From positions 1-64,000 of IMG/VR virus record IMGVR_UViG_3300020577_006613: 64,000 nucleotides of DNA. One strand, given 5' to 3'. This document shows positions 1 through 8,553 of the stretch, piece after piece; positions within the stretch are counted from its first letter, which is position 1, and every line of letters begins with the position of its first letter. Source of the stretch: a virus. Its lineage: Duplodnaviria; Caudoviricetes. The translations under genes were made by a program, and so were the position numbers. The notes below the pieces were generated by a model. The model did not search any database, was not told where the DNA came from, and saw nothing but the letters and a program-made list of their open reading frames with translations.

Positions 1-230
1 AACGGTTGACTGGAAAACACGAAACCTGTTCTATTGACCAGTTTAGGTATGGTGAATCTGACAGAGGCGCTTCTATTCGTATTCCACCTGGAATCATGGA
101 AAAGGGTAAGGGATATCTGGAAGATCGTCGTCCTGCCGCAAACATCGACCCCTATGAGGCTTGCGAAGCAATCCTTTCTACCGTATGTTCTGTGCATGAA
201 AAGCTGTACGGTAAAAGCAAAAAGCACTGA
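1..230 (+). CDS. Glutamine synthetase (type II-like), C-terminal part; starts upstream of the window
   Basis: [30 protein letters not shown] are the conserved C-terminal GS catalytic motifs. Confidence 0.9.
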   Translation, partial: RLTGKHETCSIDQFRYGESDRGASIRIPPGIMEKGKGYLEDRRPAANIDPYEACEAILSTVCSVHEKLYGKSKKH

Positions 231-232
231 AC

Positions 233-261
233 TTGATTTGTGGAAATTTCGTACCTAAAGT
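233..261 (+). promoter_or_regulatory. Putative sigma70-like promoter for the RNase P RNA
   Basis: TTGATT-N17-TAAAGT directly upstream of the P1 helix. Confidence 0.45.
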
Positions 262-263
262 AG

Positions 264-485
264 AATGAACAACAACAGTCGATCCATCGCTCTACCCCGC
301 AAGGGATGAGAGGAAGTTCGCGACTGCCCCACCTACCGTTGGAGGCCCTAAACCAGCCGTTCGTACAACGTAAGCAGCAACTCAAACAGTCTGAGAGTGT
401 CGGTGGCTCTATGAGGACGGGTTGAGGCCATTAGAGAAATGATGGAATAGAACAGAATCGCGGCTACGGACTGTTGTTGTTCATT
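264..485 (+). ncRNA. rnpB: Minimal RNase P RNA (catalytic domain, specificity domain almost absent)
   Basis: Perfect 17-bp P1 (264-280/469-485); P2 TCCATC/GATGGA; P3 with GCAA loop; CR-I GAGGAAGTTCGCGA pairs with CR-V AACAGAATCGCGGCT as P4 with bulged U; P5 CTGC/GCAG; P6 CCACC/GGTGG; CR-IV TAGAGAAAT. Confidence 0.88.
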
Positions 486-505
486 TACAAAGATTCTACT
501 AGGTT

Positions 506-778
506 ATGAATGCAGGTTACTACGACAGAGAAAGCTATGCATCTTATGCGCAATCTTATAAAGAGGCGCAAATTATTGCTAAAGGAACTCCCCAAGAGCA
601 GGAGTTACTTAGGTCGTTGTACAAGCAAGCAAGTCAGTTAGCAGGCAAAGAATGGAACGAGTTCTCTTCTCTCGAAACAACCGATAAAGGTATTGAGGAG
701 TCTGCTAGGCTGATGGGTCAATACAGGATTCTCCTCGCCAAAATACGCCATAGAGAGGAGCGTTCTAATGGAAAATGA
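506..778 (+). CDS. Hypothetical protein
   Basis: ORF in co-directional array, overlapping the next start. Confidence 0.55.
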   Translation: MNAGYYDRESYASYAQSYKEAQIIAKGTPQEQELLRSLYKQASQLAGKEWNEFSSLETTDKGIEESARLMGQYRILLAKIRHREERSNGK

Positions 779-1112
779 ATTTCCGAAACACGAAAGCCTT
801 GAAACGGTTCTATCTTACTTTCAAACCAGACCAGACGTTGGCGGATTTGTTGTTCAAAAAACAAATGAAGAGATAGAGTTTGACGCTTATTTCTCTGACG
901 AATTTTTAGGTCAAGACGAAACCGAAGCGTGTTCAACCATGATCGTCGTTATTGCTGCCATGAGAAACATGGCTGATAGCTTGACAAAAAAGATGATTGA
1001 GGCATACAAGCTCGACGAAAAAAAGGTTCGAGAAAGCATTGCCGATTTGTATTATCAGCTTCAAAAAGATAGGAAGCAGGATAATGAAGAGTCCGATGCA
1101 TCAAACGGCTGA
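768..1112 (+). CDS. Hypothetical protein
   Basis: GAGGAG RBS, ORF in array. Confidence 0.6.
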   Translation: MENEFPKHESLETVLSYFQTRPDVGGFVVQKTNEEIEFDAYFSDEFLGQDETEACSTMIVVIAAMRNMADSLTKKMIEAYKLDEKKVRESIADLYYQLQKDRKQDNEESDASNG

Positions 1113-1636
1113 AGGCCTTGGAGAAGTTATGCAAATGATTTCATCACTGATTTTGTCTATCCTGTTTATCATACTTGGCTTGTTCATTTCCAAGTATTTC
1201 TTCATCGGGATACCCGTTACCCTATTCCTTGTCTACATTTTTATCCCGCTCGTTAACTCTGCAAAGAAATTTGAAACCGAATACGAAAAGCACAAAATTA
1301 GACAACAAGTAAGAGACTTTCGCAACTAGGCACGAAAAGGGTGAACAAGTGATGGTTGATTGCCTACACTTGTCGAAGTTATGGATGACCCAACTTTCAA
1401 AGACCTTCACCCATATGGCCTTGAGCCAGCACAAATAAGTCAAGCTCTTTGGCTTCTTTGCATATTACTGCTTTTTGCAATTGGCGCTTATGTTGCTACA
1501 GCAATCATGCAGATCATGTCGTTTGGACTGAGCGTTAGGACTTTAATGGGAATGAAACCTCGTAATCCTAGCAGGGAAAGACGAGAATCAGAAGTTAGAG
1601 AAAAGGCTCGTAGCAATAATCCTCCAAGGAGCAGAA

Positions 1637-1987
1637 ATGTACGCTGAATTCAGAGATCGCAACAGAGAAAGCTGGAAGTTTACTTACAAGGGTTCTGAAC
1701 TTGTAAAGGCTGCCCAGTCAAAAGTAGACTTCTATGCTGCTCAAGAAGAAGAATACAGAGTCAAAACGGCTAACGCCCTTACCGACAGGTCTGTTGCTGT
1801 TAATGGCAACAAGCTTGACAAATTGAAGAACAAGCTTACGTCCGCTGCTTCTAACAAAGAAAACTGCGAAGTCTTCCTGCATGAGTTCAAGAGAAATCCT
1901 GATAGAGAGTTTTCTCTTTCAATGGCCGACGTTGTTTTCTTCGGCCTTGCTGGACACAGTATCAAGACTGATGACGACGATGAATAA
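1637..1987 (+). CDS. Hypothetical protein
   Basis: AAGGAG RBS, ORF in array. Confidence 0.6.
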   Translation: MYAEFRDRNRESWKFTYKGSELVKAAQSKVDFYAAQEEEYRVKTANALTDRSVAVNGNKLDKLKNKLTSAASNKENCEVFLHEFKRNPDREFSLSMADVVFFGLAGHSIKTDDDDE

Positions 1988-1995
1988 AGGAAGCC

Positions 1996-3027
1996 ATGAA
2001 AGCCGAAGCCATTCTTGCCATTCCTGAAAGCCAACCAGAACGCTTGTTCCCAAACAATGAGGACGAAGCGAAGAGAATTTATAGGGATTTGGCAAGGGAG
2101 TGGCATACGGATCGAAACAAGTCACCAGAAGCTCAGGATGTATTTTCGCACCTGAGCAAACTGTACGACCTTGTAATAGACCGTATCAAAAACAAAACAT
2201 GGACCCTTCCCAACGTAATTGTTGTTAAGGGTGTTGACGGTAAAGAACGCTCAATCAAGTATCGTCGCAAGCATGCGTTCGAACTTGGAGAGTTTGCATA
2301 TGGCGATAGAGTCATATGTTACGTCATTAAGCCTGAATACAAAGACTTGTTCGGGCAGTACATGGAATCTGCTAAGCACGGTTTCAAGTACGAAAATGAT
2401 GACATGAAGAAAGAGTTTGAAAGGTATCTGCCTTCAATACTCGATAACTTCGAAACAACAAAGGGAGAGCATGTTGTTGTCTTGTCAAAGACTCCCGATG
2501 TCTTTTTGCTCAAAGACATTCTTGACTTCCATAAGGGCGAAATGCATCCTAAGCATGTTGCTTGGGTTATGAGCAGCTTGTACAACCTTTGTTGCTATCT
2601 TGGCTACGCTGGTTTGACTCATAACGCTCTTTCTGAAACAACTTGTTTCGTTTCTCCTCAACACCATAGCGTCATGATATATGGCGGCTGGTGGTATTCT
2701 CGTAGGGCTGGCTCAAAACTGAATGCTTTACCAAAGCTTTCTGCTGAAACAGCAACTAAAGACATGCTAAGAAGCAGAGTTGCAGATTACGGGTTAGACT
2801 TAAGGCTTGTTCGTCAGTTAGGTCTTACGCTTTTAGGAGACCCGACTGGAACAGCAATCATTCATACAGATAAAGCCCCTAAGCCCATGCTTGATTTCTT
2901 GCGAGGCGTAACTCAGGGTGACGCTAAACAGGATTATGCAAACTGGGAAAAAGCTAGGGATAAGAGTTTCGGCAAACGTCGCTTTGTTGAAATGAAAGTT
3001 GAAGCAAGCGACATTTACAAGGAGTAG
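1996..3027 (+). CDS. J-domain-like N-terminus fused to a kinase-like domain
   Basis: YRDLAREWHTDRN resembles DnaJ helix II/HPD (here HTD); LGYAGLTHNAL resembles a kinase catalytic-loop region. Confidence 0.55.
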   Translation: MKAEAILAIPESQPERLFPNNEDEAKRIYRDLAREWHTDRNKSPEAQDVFSHLSKLYDLVIDRIKNKTWTLPNVIVVKGVDGKERSIKYRRKHAFELGEFAYGDRVICYVIKPEYKDLFGQYMESAKHGFKYENDDMKKEFERYLPSILDNFETTKGEHVVVLSKTPDVFLLKDILDFHKGEMHPKHVAWVMSSLYNLCCYLGYAGLTHNALSETTCFVSPQHHSVMIYGGWWYSRRAGSKLNALPKLSAETATKDMLRSRVADYGLDLRLVRQLGLTLLGDPTGTAIIHTDKAPKPMLDFLRGVTQGDAKQDYANWEKARDKSFGKRRFVEMKVEASDIYKE

Positions 3028-3031
3028 GTTT

Positions 3032-3943
3032 ATGGGAAATTCACGTTGGGATAGTAACAGTTGGGACAACTACAGCGCTTCAGTATCTGCAACTCCTATT
3101 CATCAGATCTTCACAAGCAACGGCATGGCTGATGGCCTTGATCCTAAGAAGATCAAGTTCCGCGAATCTTGCGATTCTGCTGCGAATCCGAAATCAACAC
3201 CAATCATGATTGCTGTTGACCAGACTGGCTCGATGGGACAGCTTGCCGAGCAGATCATCAAGCAGGGCCTTGGCGTTGTTATGAAGGAAGTCTATGACCG
3301 CAAGCCGGTTACGGACCCTCATTGCTTGTTGGGAGCCATTGGCGACAGCGCTAACGGGGAACGCGCTCCTCTTCAAGTTACTCAGTTTGAAGCCGCTGTT
3401 GACCCTCTGACATCTCAGATCGAACAGCTTTACCTTGAAGGCAATGGTGGCGGCAATGGTGGCGAAAGCTATCAGTTGCTCTGGTACTTTGCAATTCATA
3501 AGACCAAGTGCGATGCCATCATCAATCGCAAGCGCAAGGGCTACATCTTTACTGTTGGCGATGAAAGAGTTCATCCGACATTGACTCGCGCAGAGATTCA
3601 GGCGGTTTTTGGTGACGATGTTGAAACCGACATCTCTACGAAGGACTTGCTTGAACAGGTTCAGAAGAACTGGGAAGTCTTCCATATCGTTGTTAATACT
3701 TCCACCACAATCAGTCAGGATGCAGTAAACGCATGGAAGCGGCTTCTCAATGAGCGCGTCCTTGTCATTCCTAGCAAGGATGCTCTGGCCGAAGTTATCG
3801 TTTCCGCTATGCAGGTCAACGAAGGCGCTAACGCCGCTGATGTTGCTAATAGCTGGGATGGTTCCAAGTCCGTTGTCGTTCGCGATGCAATCAAGAACCT
3901 CAGCAAGGCCTCTTCTGCAACTCCTGAACTCGTTCGCCTCTAA
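3032..3943 (+). CDS. von Willebrand factor A domain protein
   Basis: IAVDQTGSMG MIDAS motif, GGGNGGESY, FTVGDE; GGAG RBS before ATG 3032. Confidence 0.8.
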   Translation: MGNSRWDSNSWDNYSASVSATPIHQIFTSNGMADGLDPKKIKFRESCDSAANPKSTPIMIAVDQTGSMGQLAEQIIKQGLGVVMKEVYDRKPVTDPHCLLGAIGDSANGERAPLQVTQFEAAVDPLTSQIEQLYLEGNGGGNGGESYQLLWYFAIHKTKCDAIINRKRKGYIFTVGDERVHPTLTRAEIQAVFGDDVETDISTKDLLEQVQKNWEVFHIVVNTSTTISQDAVNAWKRLLNERVLVIPSKDALAEVIVSAMQVNEGANAADVANSWDGSKSVVVRDAIKNLSKASSATPELVRL

Positions 3944-3957
3944 TACAGAAGACAACA

Positions 3958-5187
3958 ATGAAGACCACAGCAGTTATTGGCGCTAATTTCGGCGATGAAG
4001 GCAAAGGTCTTATGACCGACTATTTCAGCGCCAAAGATTCGCTTGTGGTTAGATACAACGGCGGCGCTCAGGCAGGACATACCGTTGTTACTCCTGACGG
4101 TAAGCGCCACGTTTTTGGACACTTCGGTAGCGGCTCCTTTGTTGGGGCCGCTACTTTTCTTGGACCTGAGTTTTTGGTCAATCCTTTGCTTTGGAAGAAA
4201 GAGCTTAATACTCTTCGGTCTATGGGTATTGAACCCAAGATGGGCTTTAGTCACCAATGTCGCATGACGCTTCCTTATGACATGCTCATTAACGAAGCAG
4301 TTGAAAGAGCAAGAGGAAACGGCAGACACGGATCTTGCGGTCTTGGTATCAATGAAACGGTTACTCGATGCCTTTCTGGAAGAGAGGCCTACAGCTATCC
4401 TTGGATTGTTAATTCGCTAACACGGAAAGAGACAAAAGAGAGGATCATCTCTATTCGAGATGGGTATTGCCGTAAGAGGATTAAAGACCTTGGGCTTTCT
4501 CCTGATCCCAAATTCTTTGACCTTTTCAACTCGGATAGTCTTCTTGAAAACTTCCTTACAGTTCTTGATGAATTTACGAATCAAACTACCTACATTCATC
4601 ATGGTAACGCTTTGGAGTTTTTTGGAGTCGAGAGCGTTGTTTTCGAGGGAGCGCAAGGTCTTTTGCTTGATGAAGATCATGAGTTCTTCCCTCATGTTAC
4701 CCGTAGCAAAACTGGACTCAAGAACATTCTTGAACTCTGTAAAGACTGGCAGATTGAAGAACTTGATGTTGTTTACGCAACAAGAGCGTACATGACTCGT
4801 CATGGCGTTGGTCCTTTCCCGAGCGAAGACAACACGCTTCGCTATGAAGATAAGACCAATGTTCACAATGAGTTTCAGGGAAGTCTGCGTTTTGGAAGGC
4901 TTGATATCGACTTGCTTTCTGCAACAATCAAGGAAGACTTGACAGTTGCTCATGGCTTCAATGTTAATGTAAATCCTGCTATAGCCATAACTTGCGTAGA
5001 TCAGGTGCCTGATATTTTGACTGCTGATTTCGGAGGCAGAACAATCAAAATTGACAAAGGCGCTCTTGTTGAGACTGTTGCAGACGCCTGCGGTATCCGT
5101 AAGGCCTATTTTAGCGAAGGACCAACCAGAGAACACGTTTCTCGGTATTTCCTGAGAGAATGGGTTTCTGCTCCAAGTCGGGGCTAG
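3958..5187 (+). CDS. purA: Adenylosuccinate synthetase family protein (divergent)
   Basis: GANFGDEGKG, RYNGGAQAGHT and FEGAQG motifs. Confidence 0.85.
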   Translation: MKTTAVIGANFGDEGKGLMTDYFSAKDSLVVRYNGGAQAGHTVVTPDGKRHVFGHFGSGSFVGAATFLGPEFLVNPLLWKKELNTLRSMGIEPKMGFSHQCRMTLPYDMLINEAVERARGNGRHGSCGLGINETVTRCLSGREAYSYPWIVNSLTRKETKERIISIRDGYCRKRIKDLGLSPDPKFFDLFNSDSLLENFLTVLDEFTNQTTYIHHGNALEFFGVESVVFEGAQGLLLDEDHEFFPHVTRSKTGLKNILELCKDWQIEELDVVYATRAYMTRHGVGPFPSEDNTLRYEDKTNVHNEFQGSLRFGRLDIDLLSATIKEDLTVAHGFNVNVNPAIAITCVDQVPDILTADFGGRTIKIDKGALVETVADACGIRKAYFSEGPTREHVSRYFLREWVSAPSRG

Positions 5188-5193
5188 ACTTTC
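5182..5193 (+). promoter_or_regulatory. GGCTAGACTTTC conserved motif, copy 1
   Basis: Exact 12-mer found eight times, always at plus-strand gene boundaries. Confidence 0.7.
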
Positions 5194-5211
5194 TAGAAAG
5201 AAGCATAAAGC

Positions 5212-5490
5212 ATGGCAAAGCGAAAGAAGCAAGAAGCGATGACGGTTGCGGAACTCATTGAGTTGCTCAAGACCGTTGAGCAGGACAGAATCGTTGTCAT
5301 GTCGAAAGACTCCGAAGGCAACGGATATTCTCCGTTTTCGGGCATCTTTACAGCCGCCTATCGAGCCGACTCAACATGGAGCGGTGAGATTGGACTGGAA
5401 GAGTTGACTGACGAAGATCGAAAGCAAGGGTATTCCGACGAAGATGTGATTGACGGTGTTCCTTGCATCGTTTTGCAACCGACAAATTGA
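5212..5490 (+). CDS. Hypothetical phage protein
   Basis: MTVAELIELL..D.EGN.Y pattern common in small phage proteins. Confidence 0.65.
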   Translation: MAKRKKQEAMTVAELIELLKTVEQDRIVVMSKDSEGNGYSPFSGIFTAAYRADSTWSGEIGLEELTDEDRKQGYSDEDVIDGVPCIVLQPTN

Positions 5491-5496
5491 AAATAC

Positions 5497-5570
5497 GCCT
5501 TTGTAGTTCAACGGTAGAACCGGGGTCTCTAAAACTCTGAGCGTTGCAGGTTCGAATCCTGTCAAAGGCG
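5497..5570 (+). tRNA. Amber suppressor tRNA (anticodon CUA), copy 1
   Basis: Acceptor GCCTTTG/CAAAGGC, D arm, anticodon arm GGGGT-CTCTAAA-ACTCT (CTA at 5529-5531), T arm GCAGG-TTCGAAT-CCTGT, discriminator G. Confidence 0.9.
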
Positions 5571-5573
5571 CTT

Positions 5574-5647
5574 GCTCTCGTAGCTCAACTGGTTAGAGCC
5601 GGTGTTTCTAAAACTCCAGGTTGCGGGTTCGAATCCCGCCGAGGGCA
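5574..5647 (+). tRNA. Amber suppressor tRNA (anticodon CUA), copy 2
   Basis: Acceptor GCTCTCG/CGAGGGC, anticodon arm GGTGT-TTCTAAA-ACTCC (CTA at 5608-5610), T arm GCGGG-TTCGAAT-CCCGC, discriminator A. Confidence 0.9.
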
Positions 5648-5852
5648 TTCATGGCAACCAAAACTCCATACGAGTTTCCTCAAGTCTTTGATACGCTGTT
5701 TGATCTCAAGTCTGCGCCGGAAGCAATTCGCAAGCTTGAACAAATGAGGCAGAAGTCAAAAGAGTTGAAGAAGGATTATGCCAAACTTCATCGTTTGTTG
5801 AGAGAGCATGGCTACAAGCCGAAGCTTCCTCACGAAATCTGAAAGGTCATAT

Positions 5853-6221
5853 ATGGAAGTTACTGCTGAACAAGCCCTTGCAGCCGCAAAAACCAAGAAG
5901 TGGGTTTTTATCTGCTCTCCCTACACCAAGCCAGATCCGGCTGTAAACATCAACATTTCAGTGAAGATGTTCAACAGGTTGATGGATGATAACAAGTGCG
6001 TTCCTGTCAACATGCTTTGGACGCATTTCTATCACTGCATTATGCCTCGCAGCTATGAAAATTGGCTGGCGTATTGCATGTCTTTCCTGCCTCTTTGTCA
6101 CGCTGTTCTTCGTTTGCCTGGCGAAAGTTCTGGCGTAGATCGTGAAGTCCAAATCGCCAAAGACCTTGGAATCCCGGTCTTTGAATCAGTTGAAGAGCTT
6201 TACAGGTTTCTTGAATCATGA
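5853..6221 (+). CDS. DUF4406/DUF1937-like nucleoside deoxyribosyltransferase-fold protein
   Basis: FICSPYT ... ESSGVDREVQIAKDLGIPV. Confidence 0.65.
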   Translation: MEVTAEQALAAAKTKKWVFICSPYTKPDPAVNINISVKMFNRLMDDNKCVPVNMLWTHFYHCIMPRSYENWLAYCMSFLPLCHAVLRLPGESSGVDREVQIAKDLGIPVFESVEELYRFLES

Positions 6222-6658
6222 AGTTCGATCTCAAAAGACCATGCGCTGCTTGTCCTTTTAGGACCAACGCCCTTCCTACCTGGCTTGGTAGCTATACTCC
6301 GCAAGGGGTTGTAGACTCCATCAGGAATGATGAGCCGTTTTTCTGTCATCATCATGTTGAAGAAACGATTGGTTATGACGATCCTGATTGGCAGGAAAAG
6401 GCGCAAGAAGGCGCTCAGCATTGTGCTGGCGCTCTTATCTTCGCAAGGAAGATGTGCAAGCTAAGTCGAGATCCTGAGATCGCTCAAGCTCAACGAGCTA
6501 TTGATACAAACCAGGAGATTCTTTTCCCTCCTGACAAATTTGTGGCCTACCACTCCGTTACAATAAGCGCCGTTGCCAAAGCTATCAAGGAAAAGAAGCT
6601 CAATGGAAAAGCCACAAAACCCAAAGCCACAAAACGAAAGCCCTCAGCCAAAAACTGA
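6218..6658 (+). CDS. Cys/His-rich protein (DUF6283-like)
   Basis: PCAACPFR, FFCH, CAGA motifs. Confidence 0.55.
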   Translation: MKFDLKRPCAACPFRTNALPTWLGSYTPQGVVDSIRNDEPFFCHHHVEETIGYDDPDWQEKAQEGAQHCAGALIFARKMCKLSRDPEIAQAQRAIDTNQEILFPPDKFVAYHSVTISAVAKAIKEKKLNGKATKPKATKRKPSAKN

Positions 6659-6923
6659 GAAGAAACCCAATTTCATCTTTCGCAAACATAGACCCAAGAA
6701 AGGCTCCCAAGATGCTTCAGGTAGAGACAATTACCGTAACTAAAGGTCATGAGACTCTTTCTGAAGACGATAAGGGTAACGGTCGCATTAAGTGCAATTG
6801 CGGCAACACCTATGACTTTTCTCTTATGAAGAGTCAAAACATGGTGGAATGCGATGGGTTCATCTTTCCCTGCTGTCCTTCTTGCAAAGAGACTCCTCAT
6901 TCTGAAACTCGAAGGATTGACTG

Positions 6924-7826
6924 GTGAATCAATATCAGCTATACAAGGTTGAAGACAAAAGAATCAGAGAGCAATGGTTCAAGGACCATGTTCCTGAGTT
7001 TTTTGTATATGGCGATGGCTCTTTCTTGAAGATCAAGTGGCGCAAACCAGGCACCTGGAATTATGCGGTTGTTTACTTGATTGACAAGAGGATGGGTCAT
7101 CTCTGTGTGTTTGGAGACCTTGGAGAAGCTGTTTACCAGTGGCATCCGCCAATTGACATCGACTTCCTTGGTGGCCTTGATTTGTCTTACTTTGACAGTA
7201 AGTGTCAGGCAAGTTCTTGCGGAGAACGAGGCAAAACCTGGAACGAAGAAGTTGCTGTAACATACATCAAAGAGTACATTGAGTCTCATACGCTTGGAGA
7301 AGATCATGGGGACTCATTGTTTGAATCACTGTATAGTGATGGCTACGTTGAAAACATGCTGAAGACTGCTGCTCCAGATTTGGCTCTTCTGTACACAGAA
7401 GAAGGTTACAAGTCTTGGAGAGAGATGTCGAGAGATGAAAAAGACAGGTTCACTGTTGTTGCTAAAAGTTACTTGAAGAAGCTTGTTGAGAACAACGAGT
7501 GGCAGAAGTTTTCCAAGCATGATTACCGTCGAGAGCTTATCGAAAAACAGATCAAGTTTGAAGAACTTGGTCCTGAAGCAATAGAAGCATGTGAATCTGA
7601 GTTCTCATGGCATAGATGGCTAGGCGAAGAAGGTCACAACTTCTTTGGTGACGCCTACTTTGAGTATGGCGAAATTGGAAGAACCATATCTCTTCGAGTT
7701 CAGTCGCATCTTATTGGGCTTCAAATGATTTCTGCTGGATTGAAGTCTGGCAAGTTTTCAATGGAAGTAACACAATGCCCTTGGAAAAGGTTCAAAAAAT
7801 GGCTCAGTCAGCGCAAGTTCTGGTAA
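6924..7826 (+). CDS. Hypothetical phage protein
   Basis: 300-aa ORF in array. Confidence 0.65.
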   Translation: MNQYQLYKVEDKRIREQWFKDHVPEFFVYGDGSFLKIKWRKPGTWNYAVVYLIDKRMGHLCVFGDLGEAVYQWHPPIDIDFLGGLDLSYFDSKCQASSCGERGKTWNEEVAVTYIKEYIESHTLGEDHGDSLFESLYSDGYVENMLKTAAPDLALLYTEEGYKSWREMSRDEKDRFTVVAKSYLKKLVENNEWQKFSKHDYRRELIEKQIKFEELGPEAIEACESEFSWHRWLGEEGHNFFGDAYFEYGEIGRTISLRVQSHLIGLQMISAGLKSGKFSMEVTQCPWKRFKKWLSQRKFW

Positions 7827-8311
7827 AGGGCATTCCTGTTGAATTTGTTGATGGTAAGAACTTTGTTCGAGCCACAAAGACAAAAGCAATCAAGGCGAAG
7901 CCTATCAATGTTTTGCTTGCTGACTCATCGGTACTCAGCAAGTTTCTGCTTGACACTATCGAAGGCCATGCTTCATTGAAAGCGGGTTCCATGATTTGTA
8001 TTGGAGCCGCCGGTGATGCTTGGATGCAGTCAAAAGAAAAATTGATTGCAAAGTACAATATCACTGACATTGATGGCGAGGGATGGATAACATGCGTCCC
8101 GAAACCAGATAACGAGGTTTTTGCTGTTGAGATTGACCATGATTTTTGCGTATACGCACAGTATGGCGAAGACCATGTGGTTGATGGAGCAAAGCGGCAC
8201 GTTCTTTTTGGCAAGGCGGGGGACTGGATGCTTCAAAGCACAACGGACAGGAATGATGTCTGGATTGTTGCTCAGAAGCTTTTCAACGCCACCTACGAGG
8301 TTTTGCCCTAA
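7775..8311 (+). CDS. PGDYG-like protein
   Basis: Duplicated G..GD.W/AGDW..F..TYE pattern. Confidence 0.5.
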   Translation: MPLEKVQKMAQSAQVLVKGIPVEFVDGKNFVRATKTKAIKAKPINVLLADSSVLSKFLLDTIEGHASLKAGSMICIGAAGDAWMQSKEKLIAKYNITDIDGEGWITCVPKPDNEVFAVEIDHDFCVYAQYGEDHVVDGAKRHVLFGKAGDWMLQSTTDRNDVWIVAQKLFNATYEVLP

Positions 8312-8334
8312 TTTTCACAGAAAGTGAAATCCAG

Positions 8335-8346
8335 GGCTAGACTTTC
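8335..8346 (+). promoter_or_regulatory. GGCTAGACTTTC motif, copy 2
   Basis: Exact match, about 24 nt before the structured RNA. Confidence 0.7.
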
Positions 8347-8369
8347 GGAGAAAAGCCGATAGAGTAAGA

Positions 8370-8532
8370 GTAGAGTTGTTCGAAAAGTCTGGTGGATGTC
8401 TCGTATAAACCCTTTTGAAGGCGGGGCAAGCCGCCGTCTGTAAGAGGGGTAGGGTGTAAAAGTACGCCACCTATGATCAGGGTGGAAGTTGGCTCCCAAC
8501 CAGCGTTTACCAGACCTTTCGAACAACTCTGC
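8370..8532 (+). ncRNA. Unassigned structured RNA upstream of the amber-containing Pth2 gene
   Basis: About 30-bp closing helix (8370-8399/8503-8532, several G-U pairs) enclosing several hairpins. Confidence 0.7.
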
Positions 8533-8553
8533 ATAACAAAAAGGAGTAAGAAA

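Noticed and set aside
3958-5187. PurZ (Z-genome synthesis)
   Set aside because: It retains the PurA catalytic Asp in GDEGKG rather than the Ser typical of PurZ.
5497-5647. tRNA-Pyl and pyrrolysine system
   Set aside because: Both tRNAs have canonical D-loop GG, T-loop TTCGA and normal spacing, unlike tRNA-Pyl; no pylS or pylBCD in the window.
8400-8470. Purine riboswitch suggested by CTCGTATAA
   Set aside because: The remaining consensus (TATGG loop, GTTTCTAC junction, CCGTAAA loop) is absent.
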